64,000 bases of DNA from an uncultured Clostridia bacterium (GCA_947632035.1 CANRNR010000006.1:376-64375), one strand, 5' to 3'; shown: positions 54,321 through 64,000, counted from the stretch's first letter. A program made the numbers and translations. The notes: generated by a model not told the origin, from the letters alone.

Positions 54321-54854
54321 CTATAAATAACGTGTTAAAATTGTATTTCCTTTAAATATAGTTTCTATTTTTTGTCCTAATTTTTGAATTATTGGATATA
54401 GAATAATTACTAAAATTGTATTAAAGAATATTTCTACTAATAATATTTTAAAAAATGGAATTATTTCTATAATTGTTCCCCATTTTATTATTTGAAACAT
54501 ATACATTCCTATTTCATATACAGCAGTACATACTGCTGTTATACTCATAATTGTAATACGGCTATCTTTTGAAAAGCTTTTGTCTATATATTCTGCAATC
54601 ATTCCAATTATTCCAAGCATTATTCCAGACGGACCAATTGTTTTTCCTATAAGTATGTCAATGTAAATTCCAAAAATTGCTCCAAAAACTAATCCTAATT
54701 TCTTACCTATGAATAAACCTATAAATATAACAAATATAATAAACAAGTTTGGCATTATTCCAGCAATAGTAAACCAAGTAAAAAAATTAGCTTGCAAAAA
54801 ATAAATTATAAAAAATGTAATTATAATTCCTATAATCACTAGAATTTTTTTCAC
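54321..54854 (-). CDS. mreD: Rod shape-determining protein MreD
   Basis: Small polytopic membrane protein directly after mreC. GTG start with AAGGAAGGTGA upstream. Confidence 0.75.
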   Translation of the reverse strand: MKKILVIIGIIITFFIIYFLQANFFTWFTIAGIMPNLFIIFVIFIGLFIGKKLGLVFGAIFGIYIDILIGKTIGPSGIMLGIIGMIAEYIDKSFSKDSRITIMSITAVCTAVYEIGMYMFQIIKWGTIIEIIPFFKILLVEIFFNTILVIILYPIIQKLGQKIETIFKGNTILTRYL

Positions 54855-54976
54855 TTGCTCACCTTCCTTATGTTTTTTATTTATTACTGCATCCTTTATT
54901 CTGCTCTTTTCTATTATTTTTTTATCGATTTATGATTATTTAACTTTTTTCGTTTACTATAATTTAATTATGTTTA

Positions 54977-55801
54977 TTATTCTTCATTATTTGTAATAAC
55001 TAATACTGTTTCTAATTTACCAAAATCAACAGCTGTTTGTATATATGCGTACCTATCTATAATATTTTTTGTATTTACTATTTGTTTTATTGTTCCTATA
55101 CGTATACCTTTTGGATAAATACCACCTAAACCAGATGTCTCAAGTGTATCATTTTCCATTAATGTAGCATCTGTTGGAATATATGTGGCCCTTAATGTTG
55201 TATTGTTTTCCAAGGTTCCACTAACTACTACTGTTTCTCTAGAACTTGTTATTACACTACTAACAGATGTAGCTGTATCTATGATAGTTTGAACTTTTGC
55301 AGTTTTATCAGTAGTAGAAATAACATATCCAACTAAACCTTGGTCTGCAATTACTGTCATATTAGGTTTAATTCCATCTTTTTCTCCTACATTTATTATT
55401 ATAGTTTTTGTATAATTTTGAATATCTTTATTTATAATATATGCTGGTATTGTTTTGTATTCTGAATATTTATCTTTTAAGTTTACATATTCCTTTAAAG
55501 TTTCATTTTCTGATTTTATAATTTCTAATTCTCTTAATGATTTTTCTAGTTCACTATTTTTCTTTTTTAAATCTTCATTTTCAGCTTTCAATGTATCTAT
55601 ATTTGTAAAGAAACTTTCATTTCCCTCTATTTTATTTTTCAAGTATACAAAACCATTTTGAATTGGCATTACAATACTAGTAAAGATATTCTCTATATAC
55701 GATATACCTTTTATGTCAACATTAGATACTATTACTATTACTATTAAAATGATAATTGTAATAACAACTCCAATTATACCTGTTTTTTTATTTTTATACA
55801 T
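54977..55801 (-). CDS. mreC: Rod shape-determining protein MreC
   Basis: TM, coiled coil (LKAENEDLKKKNSELEKSLRELE), and DQGLVGYVISTTDKTAKVQTIID. Confidence 0.85.
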   Translation of the reverse strand: MYKNKKTGIIGVVITIIILIVIVIVSNVDIKGISYIENIFTSIVMPIQNGFVYLKNKIEGNESFFTNIDTLKAENEDLKKKNSELEKSLRELEIIKSENETLKEYVNLKDKYSEYKTIPAYIINKDIQNYTKTIIINVGEKDGIKPNMTVIADQGLVGYVISTTDKTAKVQTIIDTATSVSSVITSSRETVVVSGTLENNTTLRATYIPTDATLMENDTLETSGLGGIYPKGIRIGTIKQIVNTKNIIDRYAYIQTAVDFGKLETVLVITNNEE

Positions 55802-55876
55802 TGCACGCTCCTATTTTAAAACATTATCTTTTTACCAAGTTTATAATTTTATTTATGATAACTCAATTTTAAAATA

Positions 55877-56905
55877 TTATCTTTTTCTTGAATTCATAAG
55901 TACGACTTTTAATTTTTCTATATCTTCTAGTGCTTTTTCTGCTCCTTGAGCAACACACTCTAATGGTTTTTCTGCTATGTATACTGGCATATCCGTTCTT
56001 TCTGATAATAGCTGATCAAAGTTTTTAAGTAATGAACCCCCTCCTGTTAGTACTATTCCCTTTTCCATTATGTCTGATGCAAGTTCTGGTGGTGTTCTTT
56101 CTAGTGTTTGTTTAATTACATCTATGATTTTTTCTACTGATTCAGATATTGCTTCTTGTATTTGTGTAGAAGTTATTTCTATTGTTTCTGGGAATCCGTT
56201 TCCTAAATTTCTTCCTCTTATTTTGTCTACTTCTTCTGCCATTAATGGTTTAGCACATCCTATTGATATTTTTATTTGCTCTGCCATATTTTCACCTATT
56301 GCTAAATTCATTTCTCTCTTTACATAATTTACTATATCTTGATTTAGCTTGTCTCCACCTATTCTAAGGGAATTGCTAACAACTATTCCGCCTAATGATA
56401 TTATGGCAACTTCTGTTGTTCCTCCTCCGATGTCAACAATTATGTTACCTGCTGGTTCTGCAACATCTAATCCTGCACCTATTGCTGCTGCCATTGGTTC
56501 TTCTATTAAGTAAACTTCTTTTGCACCTGCTTGTAATATAGATTCTTCTACAGCTCTTTTTTCCACTTCAGTAATTCCAGATGGAACTCCAACTACAACT
56601 CTAGGTCTTCCAGCATTATATCTTTTGCATACTTTTTGTAGCATTGTTTTTATCATAAGACCAGTTGCAGTATAATCTGCAATTACTCCTTCTTTCATTG
56701 GTCTTATTGCATTTATATTTTCTGGTGTTCTTCCTAACATCTCTTTTGCTTCATTTCCTGTAGCCAAAATTTCTCCTGTTCCTTTTTCAATTGCAATTAC
56801 AGATGGTTCATTTAATACTATTCCTTTTCCTTTTACTGTAATAATTATATTAGCTGTACCTAAGTCAACTCCTATATCTTTTGAATTCCATCCTAATAAG
56901 TTCAT
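55877..56905 (-). CDS. mreB: Rod shape-determining protein MreB
   Basis: DIGVDLGTANIIITVKGKGIVLNEPSVIA...IRPMKEGVIADY...DIGGGTTEVA. Confidence 0.95.
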   Translation of the reverse strand: MNLLGWNSKDIGVDLGTANIIITVKGKGIVLNEPSVIAIEKGTGEILATGNEAKEMLGRTPENINAIRPMKEGVIADYTATGLMIKTMLQKVCKRYNAGRPRVVVGVPSGITEVEKRAVEESILQAGAKEVYLIEEPMAAAIGAGLDVAEPAGNIIVDIGGGTTEVAIISLGGIVVSNSLRIGGDKLNQDIVNYVKREMNLAIGENMAEQIKISIGCAKPLMAEEVDKIRGRNLGNGFPETIEITSTQIQEAISESVEKIIDVIKQTLERTPPELASDIMEKGIVLTGGGSLLKNFDQLLSERTDMPVYIAEKPLECVAQGAEKALEDIEKLKVVLMNSRKR

Positions 56906-57612
56906 ATTGTTCTTCCTTTCTTTAATAAATATGATTTTATACTTGTATATTCATTATATCCAATTATTATGTGGTCTAATAATTGAATATTTAATAAATT
57001 TCCTGCTTCTTCTATTCTTTTTGTAAAGTCTATATCTTGTTTGCTTGGTATTGAGTTTCCACTAGGATGATTATGCAATAATATGATTTTATTTAACCCT
57101 CTTTTTATTGCTTCTGTGAAAATATCTTTTATATCAATATTTGCAGAGTTAGTTTTTCCTAATGCTATAGTTTGTATTTTTATAATTACGTTTTGGGAAT
57201 TTAATACTACAACTTTCACTATTTCCCTTTTTTCTAATTTTAATTCATTCATTACTAAATTAACTATATCTTGTGGAGATTTTATTTTTATTTTTTGATT
57301 ATCAATTGGTCTAGAAATTCTTTTTGCTAGCTCACAAACAGCTTTTATTTGTAGTGCTTTTACTTTTCCTATTCCATTTATTTTGGTAAGTTCTTCTATA
57401 GTAATATCTTGCAAAAAACTTAATGTGTCTTTACTATATTCTTTTCCTAGCGAAAGTATTTTTTGTGCTAACGTAACTGAACTTTCGTCTTTCGTTCCAT
57501 TTTTTATAATTATCGCTAGTAATTCTGCATTGGAAAGTACACTTTCTCCGTACATTTCCATTTTTTCATAAGGTCTCTCTGAAATTGGGAGCTCTTTCAT
57601 TTTAATTGACAT
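56902..57612 (-). CDS. radC: RadC-family JAB-domain protein
   Basis: HhH-like INGIGKVKALQI and JAMM motif LLHNHPSGNSIPSKQD. Its stop overlaps the mreB start (ATGA). Confidence 0.9.
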   Translation of the reverse strand: MSIKMKELPISERPYEKMEMYGESVLSNAELLAIIIKNGTKDESSVTLAQKILSLGKEYSKDTLSFLQDITIEELTKINGIGKVKALQIKAVCELAKRISRPIDNQKIKIKSPQDIVNLVMNELKLEKREIVKVVVLNSQNVIIKIQTIALGKTNSANIDIKDIFTEAIKRGLNKIILLHNHPSGNSIPSKQDIDFTKRIEEAGNLLNIQLLDHIIIGYNEYTSIKSYLLKKGRTI

Positions 57613-57697
57613 GTTTTTTCATTCCTTTCTATTTTAGCCCCCAAATAAATATCTTTTGAATTAAATAAAGTATGAGTTTAAATAAATTTAAATTCTT

Positions 57698-57955
57698 TTA
57701 TATCTTTTTATAAATAAAAATGGCTAATACAATTCCTACAATACTTGCAATATTGATTTTGAACATTAATCCAAATGTTAATTTAATAACACTTAAGTCT
57801 AATTCTACTGGAGTTGTTAATCCAAATTCTTTTCCATATGATAGCCATGATAAGAAGTCAACTTGAGATGCTAATTCCCCTATTAAACCTCCTACTACTA
57901 TTCCAGATAAAAGGAATAAAATTAGTATCCATATATTTTTTTCTCTTACTGCCAT
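57698..57955 (-). CDS. DUF4321-like small membrane protein (85 aa)
   Basis: ATG at 57955 is preceded by AAGGAGGAAGAAAAA; the upstream extension in the ORF track contains this SD. MAVREKNIWILILFLLSGIVVGGLIGE...KINIASIVGIVLAIFIYKKI. Confidence 0.6.
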   Translation of the reverse strand: MAVREKNIWILILFLLSGIVVGGLIGELASQVDFLSWLSYGKEFGLTTPVELDLSVIKLTFGLMFKINIASIVGIVLAIFIYKKI

Positions 57956-58186
57956 TTTTTCTTCCTCCTTAGTATCTTCTTCTATTTTTCCATATGCTAG
58001 TATTATATATTCAAATACTATTTTTTTCAAGATAATTATTACATTTTTAATATAAAAGTGTTTTCTTTTTTATTTTTTTGTGTTATATTTATAAACACAA
58101 AAAATTTTCCATATTTTGTTGGTTTCATTTATGGATTTATAGTAGTATAATATTATTAAAGATAAGTATATTTTGGAGGACTTTTA

Positions 58187-58828
58187 ATGAAATTTGAAAA
58201 ACTTAGTGATAATAAAATAAGAATTATTTTAACTATTCAAGATTTAGCAGAAAAGAATATTGATTTTCAATCTTTTATGTCTAATAATATTGAATCTCAA
58301 GATATTTTACTGGATATGTTAGAAGAAGCTAAAAAGGAAACTGGCTTTGATGCTGAAAATTCAAATTTAAAAATTGAAGCTTTAGCTTTAGCAGATACTA
58401 ATTTTATTTTTACAATTACAAAAATTACTCCAGAAACTGATAAGAATAAAGTTTTAAAAAGAAAAATTATGATAAAAAGAAAATGTATGAATCCTTCTAC
58501 TACACAAGCTATTTACATATTTCATTCTTTTGAGGATTTTTGCAGTTTGTTAAAATTTTTAAGTCAAAGAAATTTAATGATGTATAGTAATGCAATTGCT
58601 GATAATATTGAGCTTTATAGTTATAAGAATAATTATTATTTACTTATGAATGATATTCATTCAGTAGTTATTGATAAAATCAAATTTTACACTTGCATAA
58701 CAGAATTTGCAAGATGTATCACTAATTCAAAAGTTTTTGCAAGTAAGCTAAAAGAATGTGGCACTTTAGTTATGAAAAACAATGCTTTGGAAATTGGGTT
58801 TGAAAATTTCGTAAAGAAAACTTCGTGA
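58187..58828 (+). CDS. mecA: Adaptor protein MecA
   Basis: MKFEKLSDNKIRIILTIQDLAEKNIDFQSF... is typical of the MecA N-terminus. SD GGAGGA upstream. Confidence 0.75.
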   Translation: MKFEKLSDNKIRIILTIQDLAEKNIDFQSFMSNNIESQDILLDMLEEAKKETGFDAENSNLKIEALALADTNFIFTITKITPETDKNKVLKRKIMIKRKCMNPSTTQAIYIFHSFEDFCSLLKFLSQRNLMMYSNAIADNIELYSYKNNYYLLMNDIHSVVIDKIKFYTCITEFARCITNSKVFASKLKECGTLVMKNNALEIGFENFVKKTS

Positions 58829-58914
58829 AAATCTAAAAAATATAATATATTTCATAAAGAAAACTTCGTAAGTACTTTATAAAAATTTCATAAAATAAAG
58901 TATAATACAATATA

Positions 58915-59082
58915 AAATGAACAATATATGTTTTGTGTAGTGTCGCGTAGCGTTCAAACGAAACGAAGTGAAGTGCGCTTGGAGCAACCATCATATATTG
59001 AAAAAAGATGTAGATATTCTACATCTTTTTTCATAAAAGGTTTGCGACAACAAGACACAAGCAAAACATATATTGTTCATTT
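58915..59082. repeat. 168-nt composite palindrome: 21-bp perfect terminal inverted repeats, a relatively GC-rich interior and a nested terminator
   Basis: aaatgaacaatatatgttttg (58915-58935) pairs with caaaacatatattgttcattt (59062-59082). Inner pairings are tgtcgc/gcgaca and tgtgt/acaca. Confidence 0.7.
59001..59031. terminator. Bidirectional rho-independent terminator between convergent mecA and the M23 peptidase gene
   Basis: aaaaaagatgtag-atatt-ctacatctttttt. Confidence 0.85.
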
Positions 59083-59140
59083 ATTATTAAATATATTATT
59101 TTAAATAACATTTTAAATAACATTATTTTTTAGCAAATTT

Positions 59141-60136
59141 TTAGTATACATAATTTTGAGGATTTAATAATACTCCATTTTTTCTTACTTCAAAGTGTAA
59201 ATGTGGACCAGTTACATGACCTGTAGTTCCAACTTTTGCAATTACTTGACCTTGAGTTACTGTCTGACCTGTTGAAACACTTAATACACTACAATGTGCA
59301 TATAATGTTTCAACACCATTTCCGTGTGAAATACGTACCATATTTCCATATGAGCCACTATAGCCTGCTGCTATTACTGTTCCACCTGCTGCTGCTTTTA
59401 TTGGTGTTCCAGTAGATGTTGCAATATCTAATCCTCTATGTGCTGCACTACGAATACTTTCTCTACTTCCAAATCTTGATGTTATTATTCCTGAAATTGG
59501 TTTTATAAAAGATATACCTATATCAACTTTTTGACTTGATGTTCCTGAAACTGACCCTGATGATGCTGTTGCAACATATACAACTTTAGGTCTTGCTTCA
59601 TATAGTTTAGAAACGCAAGTTTCTACTGATGTGAATTTTTTTGTTTCTGTATCATATTTTTCTACAATTCCAAGATCATTTTTATTCATACTGTCTTTAC
59701 TTTTTAATTTTTTTATTACACTTTCAGCTTCTTCAAATGTAGCTACGTAATACTTTTCCTTTTTTTCATCTGTAATTGCATAATATTTATAGTATTGTGT
59801 ACCATTTTCAGTAACTTTTGCATATATTTCATCATCATTAAATTCATAATCTTTTTTTAGTAAGCAAAGTGTATATTGTGGTAGAGAATCAATTTGTCTA
59901 AAAGCGATTCCATCTTCTGATTCTCCTTCCATATATTGATTAATTCTATTTTGTAATTTGCTTTTATCTGCTGTATATCCAATTACTTCTCCATTCAAAC
60001 TAACTGCATAAGTTGGTTTATAGCAAATGGCAACTGCACTACAAATAAGAAAAATAGATATAATTGTTAATATAATAACTTTTATAGATGTTCTAAAGAA
60101 CATAAAAAATCTTTTTATAGTACTAATTTTAAACAC
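59141..60136 (-). CDS. Membrane-anchored M23-family metallopeptidase (start codon uncertain)
   Basis: HRGLDIATSTGTPIKAAAGGTV...GNMVRISHGNGVETLYAH...GTTGHVTGPHLHFEVR. AGGAG abuts the GTG at 60136, so an in-frame ATT (60127) or ATG (60103) may be the real start. Confidence 0.8.
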   Translation of the reverse strand: MFKISTIKRFFMFFRTSIKVIILTIISIFLICSAVAICYKPTYAVSLNGEVIGYTADKSKLQNRINQYMEGESEDGIAFRQIDSLPQYTLCLLKKDYEFNDDEIYAKVTENGTQYYKYYAITDEKKEKYYVATFEEAESVIKKLKSKDSMNKNDLGIVEKYDTETKKFTSVETCVSKLYEARPKVVYVATASSGSVSGTSSQKVDIGISFIKPISGIITSRFGSRESIRSAAHRGLDIATSTGTPIKAAAGGTVIAAGYSGSYGNMVRISHGNGVETLYAHCSVLSVSTGQTVTQGQVIAKVGTTGHVTGPHLHFEVRKNGVLLNPQNYVY

Positions 60137-60329
60137 TCCTATCTTTTTTTACTTCTGTTATATTTTACATCAATTAAATATTTTTTACAATAGATTTTGA
60201 TTAATTTTTTGCTTTAAAAATTTCCGCTTCTTTTTATTTCCGTAGTACTGGGCAGTTTGACTGTTTTTATTTTTTTGATATTTTATAATTATTTTTATGT
60301 AGTTATTTTGGTGGCATTTTTATATTTTT

Positions 60330-62660
60330 TTAATCTATAACTTCTAATCCTGCAAATTTTGCCATTAATCTTTTATGTCCAGATTTATCAAATTGTATAT
60401 CTACCTTATAATCATCATCTTCTGCTTCAATCTTTTGGATTGTGCCTTCTCCAAATTTCTTGTGATAAATTCTAGTTCCTTCTTTGTATTTGTTAATATC
60501 AAATTCATTTTGCACTTTCTTCTGACCTAATGAATTTAAGAAGCTTTCTGCTGTTCTAAATTGATAATTACTTGCAGCTACTTTTGGTTTAATAGGTATA
60601 TTATCTTCATTTCCAATTTTATAAGTTTTAACTTTTCCGCCTGCATCACTTCCAAAATAATTATTTCCGTATGACTTTGAATATTCCCAACTATATGAAG
60701 AATCTTCAAAATCATCCTCTTTACTATTTGTAAAGCTTCCTTCTAACAAGTTTTCTGGTATTTCTTTTACAAATCTTGAAATTGCATTATAACTAGTAGA
60801 ACCAAATATCGTTCTATGTTTGCTACAAGTTAAATATAAAAATTGCTTTGCTCTTGTAATTCCTACATAAAATAATCGTCTTTCTTCTTCTAATTCTTTA
60901 GGCTCTCCTATTGATTTATATCCAGGAAAAATTCCTTCTTCCATTCCTACTAAGAATACTACCGGGTATTCCAAGCCTTTTGCGCTATGAAGTGTCATTA
61001 ATGTAACTGAATTATCTTCATCTTGCATTTCATCAACATCACTAGAAAGTGTAATGCTCTCTAAGAATTCTGCTAAACTATTATCTGCTGATTCTTCTTC
61101 AAATTCCATTGCTACTGTTAAAAACTCTTCTAAGTTTTCTATTCTTGACTCTGCTTCTACAGTATTTTCATTTTCTAAGGCTTTTGTATAGCCAGATTTT
61201 CTTAAAACTTCTTTTAATAATTCAGATATTGTAAGTTCTTCTTTTTTTACTCTCATTTCTTCAATGAAATTTACAAATCCTTGTGCAGTTTCTTTTATTC
61301 TGCTAAGTCCATATTGATCAGTATTTTTAATTATTTCATACATAGATAATCCTGTTTTGTCCGATATTTCTTGTATATTATCTAAACTTGTCTTTCCAAT
61401 ACCACGTTTTGGCTCATTTATAATTCTTTTTAATGATAAATTATCGGATGTATTATGTATTAGTCTTAAATATGCTATTGCATCTTTAATTTCTTTTCTT
61501 TCGTAGAATTTTACTCCTCCTACTACTTTATATGCAATGTCTTCTCTTCTTAATATATCTTCAATTGCTCTTGATTGTGCATTCATACGATATAAAATTA
61601 CAAAATCTTTTAACTTGAAATATTCCTCTGTTTTTAAATGATTTATTTGTTCTACTATATATCTTCCTTCGTCATACTCATCTTCTGCTTGATATAAATT
61701 TGGAAGATTTCCTTCTTCATTTTCAGTCCATAATTTTTTTTCATATTTATTTTCATTATGTTTTATAACACTATTTGCAACTTTTAGAATATTTCCTGTG
61801 CAACGATAATTTTGCTCTAACTTAATAATTTTAGTTCCAGGAAAGTCTTTTTCAAAGTTCAAAATGTTAGTAATATCAGCTCCTCTAAAGCTATATATTC
61901 CTTGGTCATTATCACCTACTACTGTAATATTTCCATAACGTGATGCAAGTATTGATACAAGTGTGAATTGTGCTTTGTTAGTATCTTGATATTCATCTAC
62001 TAATACATACCTAAATTTTTCTGTATAATATTCAAGTACATCTGGGTTATTAGTTAAAATATCAATTGTATAATTTATTATATCATCAAAATCTATAGCA
62101 TTATTTTCTCTTAATCTTTTTTGATATAATTCATATACTTGTCCTATCTTTTCTTTACGATATTCTCCTGAATATTTAGTTTGATATGCTTTTGGTGTTA
62201 ACATTTCATTTTTTGCATTACTTATTTCAGATAAGACACTTCTATCTGTAAACATTTTATCATCTATATTTAATGTTTTTAAGCACTCTTTTACTACAGT
62301 TCTCTGGTCTGATGTATCAAATATTAAAAATGATGTATCAAAACCTATTCTATCAATATATCTTCTTAAAATTTTTACACAAATAGAGTGAAATGTTCCC
62401 ATCCACATATCCATAGCTACTGGTCCAACAATTTTTTCTACCCTTTGTTTCATTTCACTTGCTGCTTTATTTGTAAATGTGATTGCTAAAATATTCCATG
62501 GGCTTACATTTTTTTCTGAAATTAAGTATGCTATTTTATGTGTTAATACTTTTGTTTTTCCACTTCCTGCTCCTGCTATTACTAAGCATGGTCCATCTGT
62601 ATTAAGTACCGCTTCTTTTTGTCTATCATTTAATTCTTCTAATAAATCTTGCATTTTCAT
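60330..62660 (-). CDS. pcrA: ATP-dependent DNA helicase PcrA (UvrD family)
   Basis: LNDRQKEAV...AGAGSGKT (Walker A), VDEYQDTN, QNYRC, VTLMTLHSAKGLEYPVVF. Confidence 0.9.
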   Translation of the reverse strand: MKMQDLLEELNDRQKEAVLNTDGPCLVIAGAGSGKTKVLTHKIAYLISEKNVSPWNILAITFTNKAASEMKQRVEKIVGPVAMDMWMGTFHSICVKILRRYIDRIGFDTSFLIFDTSDQRTVVKECLKTLNIDDKMFTDRSVLSEISNAKNEMLTPKAYQTKYSGEYRKEKIGQVYELYQKRLRENNAIDFDDIINYTIDILTNNPDVLEYYTEKFRYVLVDEYQDTNKAQFTLVSILASRYGNITVVGDNDQGIYSFRGADITNILNFEKDFPGTKIIKLEQNYRCTGNILKVANSVIKHNENKYEKKLWTENEEGNLPNLYQAEDEYDEGRYIVEQINHLKTEEYFKLKDFVILYRMNAQSRAIEDILRREDIAYKVVGGVKFYERKEIKDAIAYLRLIHNTSDNLSLKRIINEPKRGIGKTSLDNIQEISDKTGLSMYEIIKNTDQYGLSRIKETAQGFVNFIEEMRVKKEELTISELLKEVLRKSGYTKALENENTVEAESRIENLEEFLTVAMEFEEESADNSLAEFLESITLSSDVDEMQDEDNSVTLMTLHSAKGLEYPVVFLVGMEEGIFPGYKSIGEPKELEEERRLFYVGITRAKQFLYLTCSKHRTIFGSTSYNAISRFVKEIPENLLEGSFTNSKEDDFEDSSYSWEYSKSYGNNYFGSDAGGKVKTYKIGNEDNIPIKPKVAASNYQFRTAESFLNSLGQKKVQNEFDINKYKEGTRIYHKKFGEGTIQKIEAEDDDYKVDIQFDKSGHKRLMAKFAGLEVID

Positions 62661-62832
62661 CTTCCTTTTCTATTGTTCTTTTCATCTATTTATATTTCTA
62701 TTTATTTATATTTATATTTTTTATGTTTCTATTTTTTAGTTGTATCATCTTTATGTCTTATAGCTACATTTTATAGTTTTATGTTTACTTGTCTTTATTT
62801 TATGTTAAGTGCTGTTTACGCTGATTTTTAAG

Positions 62833-63309
62833 CTATTGACCTTTATGATTACTCTCTTCTAGCAATTTATTTTTAATTATTTCTAAACATGTATAAATTT
62901 CTTTTGCACATTCCTCATATACTTTCTTGTTATAACCCCAAGGATCTGAAATATCAAAATTATTACCTTCTTTTGAAAATCCTGCATATTCTTTTATAGT
63001 ATATACTTTATCTTTAATATTTGGATATTCTTGTATAACAGCTAATTTATGAGATCTTGTTGCACATAATATTAAATCCATTTTTTCTATCTCAGAATCT
63101 TGTATGTTTGTAGCTCGATGTTTAGTTAAATCAATATTATAATCTTTCATTACTTCTATTGCATCTTGTGTTGGAATATCGCCTGTATCTGCATATATTC
63201 CTGCTGAACACACTTCTATATTTTCTTCTCCTTCTAGCATCTTTTTAAGCATTGCTTCAGCCATTGCACTTCTGCAAATATTTCCTGTGCAAATAAACAT
63301 TATTTTCAC
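62833..63309 (-). CDS. Low-molecular-weight protein phosphatase (Tyr/Arg; YwlE-like)
   Basis: P-loop MFICTGNICRSAMAE (CX5R-S) and DPWG. Confidence 0.85.
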   Translation of the reverse strand: MKIMFICTGNICRSAMAEAMLKKMLEGEENIEVCSAGIYADTGDIPTQDAIEVMKDYNIDLTKHRATNIQDSEIEKMDLILCATRSHKLAVIQEYPNIKDKVYTIKEYAGFSKEGNNFDISDPWGYNKKVYEECAKEIYTCLEIIKNKLLEESNHKGQ

Positions 63310-63540
63310 TACTTTTTCCTCCGTTTTTTACCATACTATAAGCATTTCTTATTGTATCATACATATAATTTTTGCACAATTAAATATTAAAATTTTTGTA
63401 TTAAATTTTTAACTTTCTTATGCTTATGATAAAAAATAAGAAGGTAACTAATTGAGATTAATATTTTTCTCTCGATAATGTTACCATCTAATTATAAAAT
63501 TTTTTAAATTATAAAATTTTTTAAATTATAAAAAATTAAT

Positions 63541-63942
63541 TTATTTTTCTTGATCTTCTACTAATTTATTTACATTTATTGTAGGTAGTATTAATGGGTA
63601 TATATTTGCATTAGCTGTATATGTAGAAACTATTGATCTTATATATGGATATAATATTGCAATTGCATTTTTTGCAAATTTTTCAGGTGATTCTCCCTCG
63701 CATTTAAAATACCCTGTTAACTTAATTGTCATTTCAAATGGATAATTGTTTTGTTTTGAATCTTTAAATATTTCTGTATTCAACAATATGCTCATATTTT
63801 GTCCTTGAACTTTAATTGTTGGCACAATTGATAAATTTATAGGAATCTTATCACCGTTATCTTTAAAATCGTCATTATTTTTTAATTCTATTTCATTAAC
63901 TCTATATTCTAAAAATTGTAATACACTATTATAATCCTTCAT
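63541..63942 (-). CDS. SecB-like chaperone
   Basis: 133 aa. NAIAILYPYIRSIVSTYTANANIYPLILPTINVN matches the SecB signature (ILFPY.RE.I......G.PPL.LPP.NF). Confidence 0.6.
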   Translation of the reverse strand: MKDYNSVLQFLEYRVNEIELKNNDDFKDNGDKIPINLSIVPTIKVQGQNMSILLNTEIFKDSKQNNYPFEMTIKLTGYFKCEGESPEKFAKNAIAILYPYIRSIVSTYTANANIYPLILPTINVNKLVEDQEK

Positions 63943-63943
63943 A

Positions 63944-64000
63944 CTATGCTACCATCACTTCCTTTTTTTCATCTATGCATAAATTTCTATCTTTTTTATT
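63944..64000 (-). CDS. Possible 3' end of an upstream gene coupled to the SecB-like gene (only 18 codons visible)
   Basis: The minus-strand frame is open from the window edge: NKKDRNLCIDEKKEVMVA then TAG (63944-63946). It ends 1 nt before the ATG at 63942. An open frame this short could be chance. Confidence 0.25.
   Translation of the reverse strand, partial: NKKDRNLCIDEKKEVMVA

Noticed and set aside
58918-58936. Resemblance of GAACAATATATGTTT to a Firmicute LexA (Cheo) box, CGAACNNNNGTTCG
   Set aside because: The spacing between the GAAC and GTT(T/C) halves is 7 nt rather than 4, and the second half-site is imperfect. The same core occurs at loci unrelated to the SOS response.
58917-59085. 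Short peptides starting ATGAACAATATA... on both arms of the palindrome (MNNICFV, and a 29-aa Cys-containing peptide on the minus strand)
   Set aside because: Neither ATG has an SD. The longer reading runs straight through the terminator hairpin. The ATG is simply part of the inverted-repeat core.
63491-63536. Short tandem repeat (tataaaattttttaaat x ~2.5) downstream of the SecB-like gene
   Set aside because: It is pure A/T low complexity in an intergenic spacer. There is no evidence of function beyond possible slippage.
1-64000. Prophage, IS element, integrative element, DGR or invertase-driven phase-variation system associated with the variable adhesins
   Set aside because: No integrase, transposase, recombinase or reverse-transcriptase ORF is visible. 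I found no template/variable repeat pair and no tRNA attachment site. The flanks are ordinary core genes of the same composition.

Overview
Very AT-rich (about 25-30% G+C by eye) Firmicutes/Clostridia-like chromosomal segment, with nearly all genes on the minus strand. About half of the window is taken by five giant secreted or cell-surface protein genes of one family. (i) A gene of more than 8.7 kb (8729 down to the left edge) has an intact 5' part of 1786 codons; its 3' part is broken by three frame disruptions. (ii) A two-gene operon is present twice in tandem, each copy about 11 kb with its own promoter (copy A 27466..38494, copy B 38709..49856). Each copy encodes a 1740-1761 aa scaffold protein (DUF11 and SdrD-B-like domains) and a 1881-1944 aa protein whose N-terminus carries the Cys...Gln motif pair typical of thioester-domain (TQXA/TIE) covalent adhesins. 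The paralogues are mosaic: the membrane-proximal parts are near-identical at DNA level, while the tips and linkers differ (Asp/Pro versus a (S/T)P coding tandem repeat). All four end in non-LPXTG motifs (ILPPFG or SVVTG) followed by a TM helix and a basic tail, and no sortase gene is in the window. All three promoters carry the same TCCGTAAA box 40 nt upstream of the predicted -35. The remaining genes are core housekeeping: OmpR-type response regulator and histidine kinase, DUF2298 membrane protein, AI-2E transporter, xth, SleB-like hydrolase, lemA-htpX, tatD, acpS, WG-repeat protein, spoIIE, minC (without minDE), PBP2, mreDCB, radC, DUF4321, mecA, M23 peptidase, pcrA, LMW phosphatase and a SecB-like chaperone at the right edge. 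I recognised no rRNA, tRNA, CRISPR array, transposase, integrase, reverse transcriptase or sortase. Domain-level coordinates are approximate (about +/-30 nt). All homology statements come from motif recognition by eye, not from searches.
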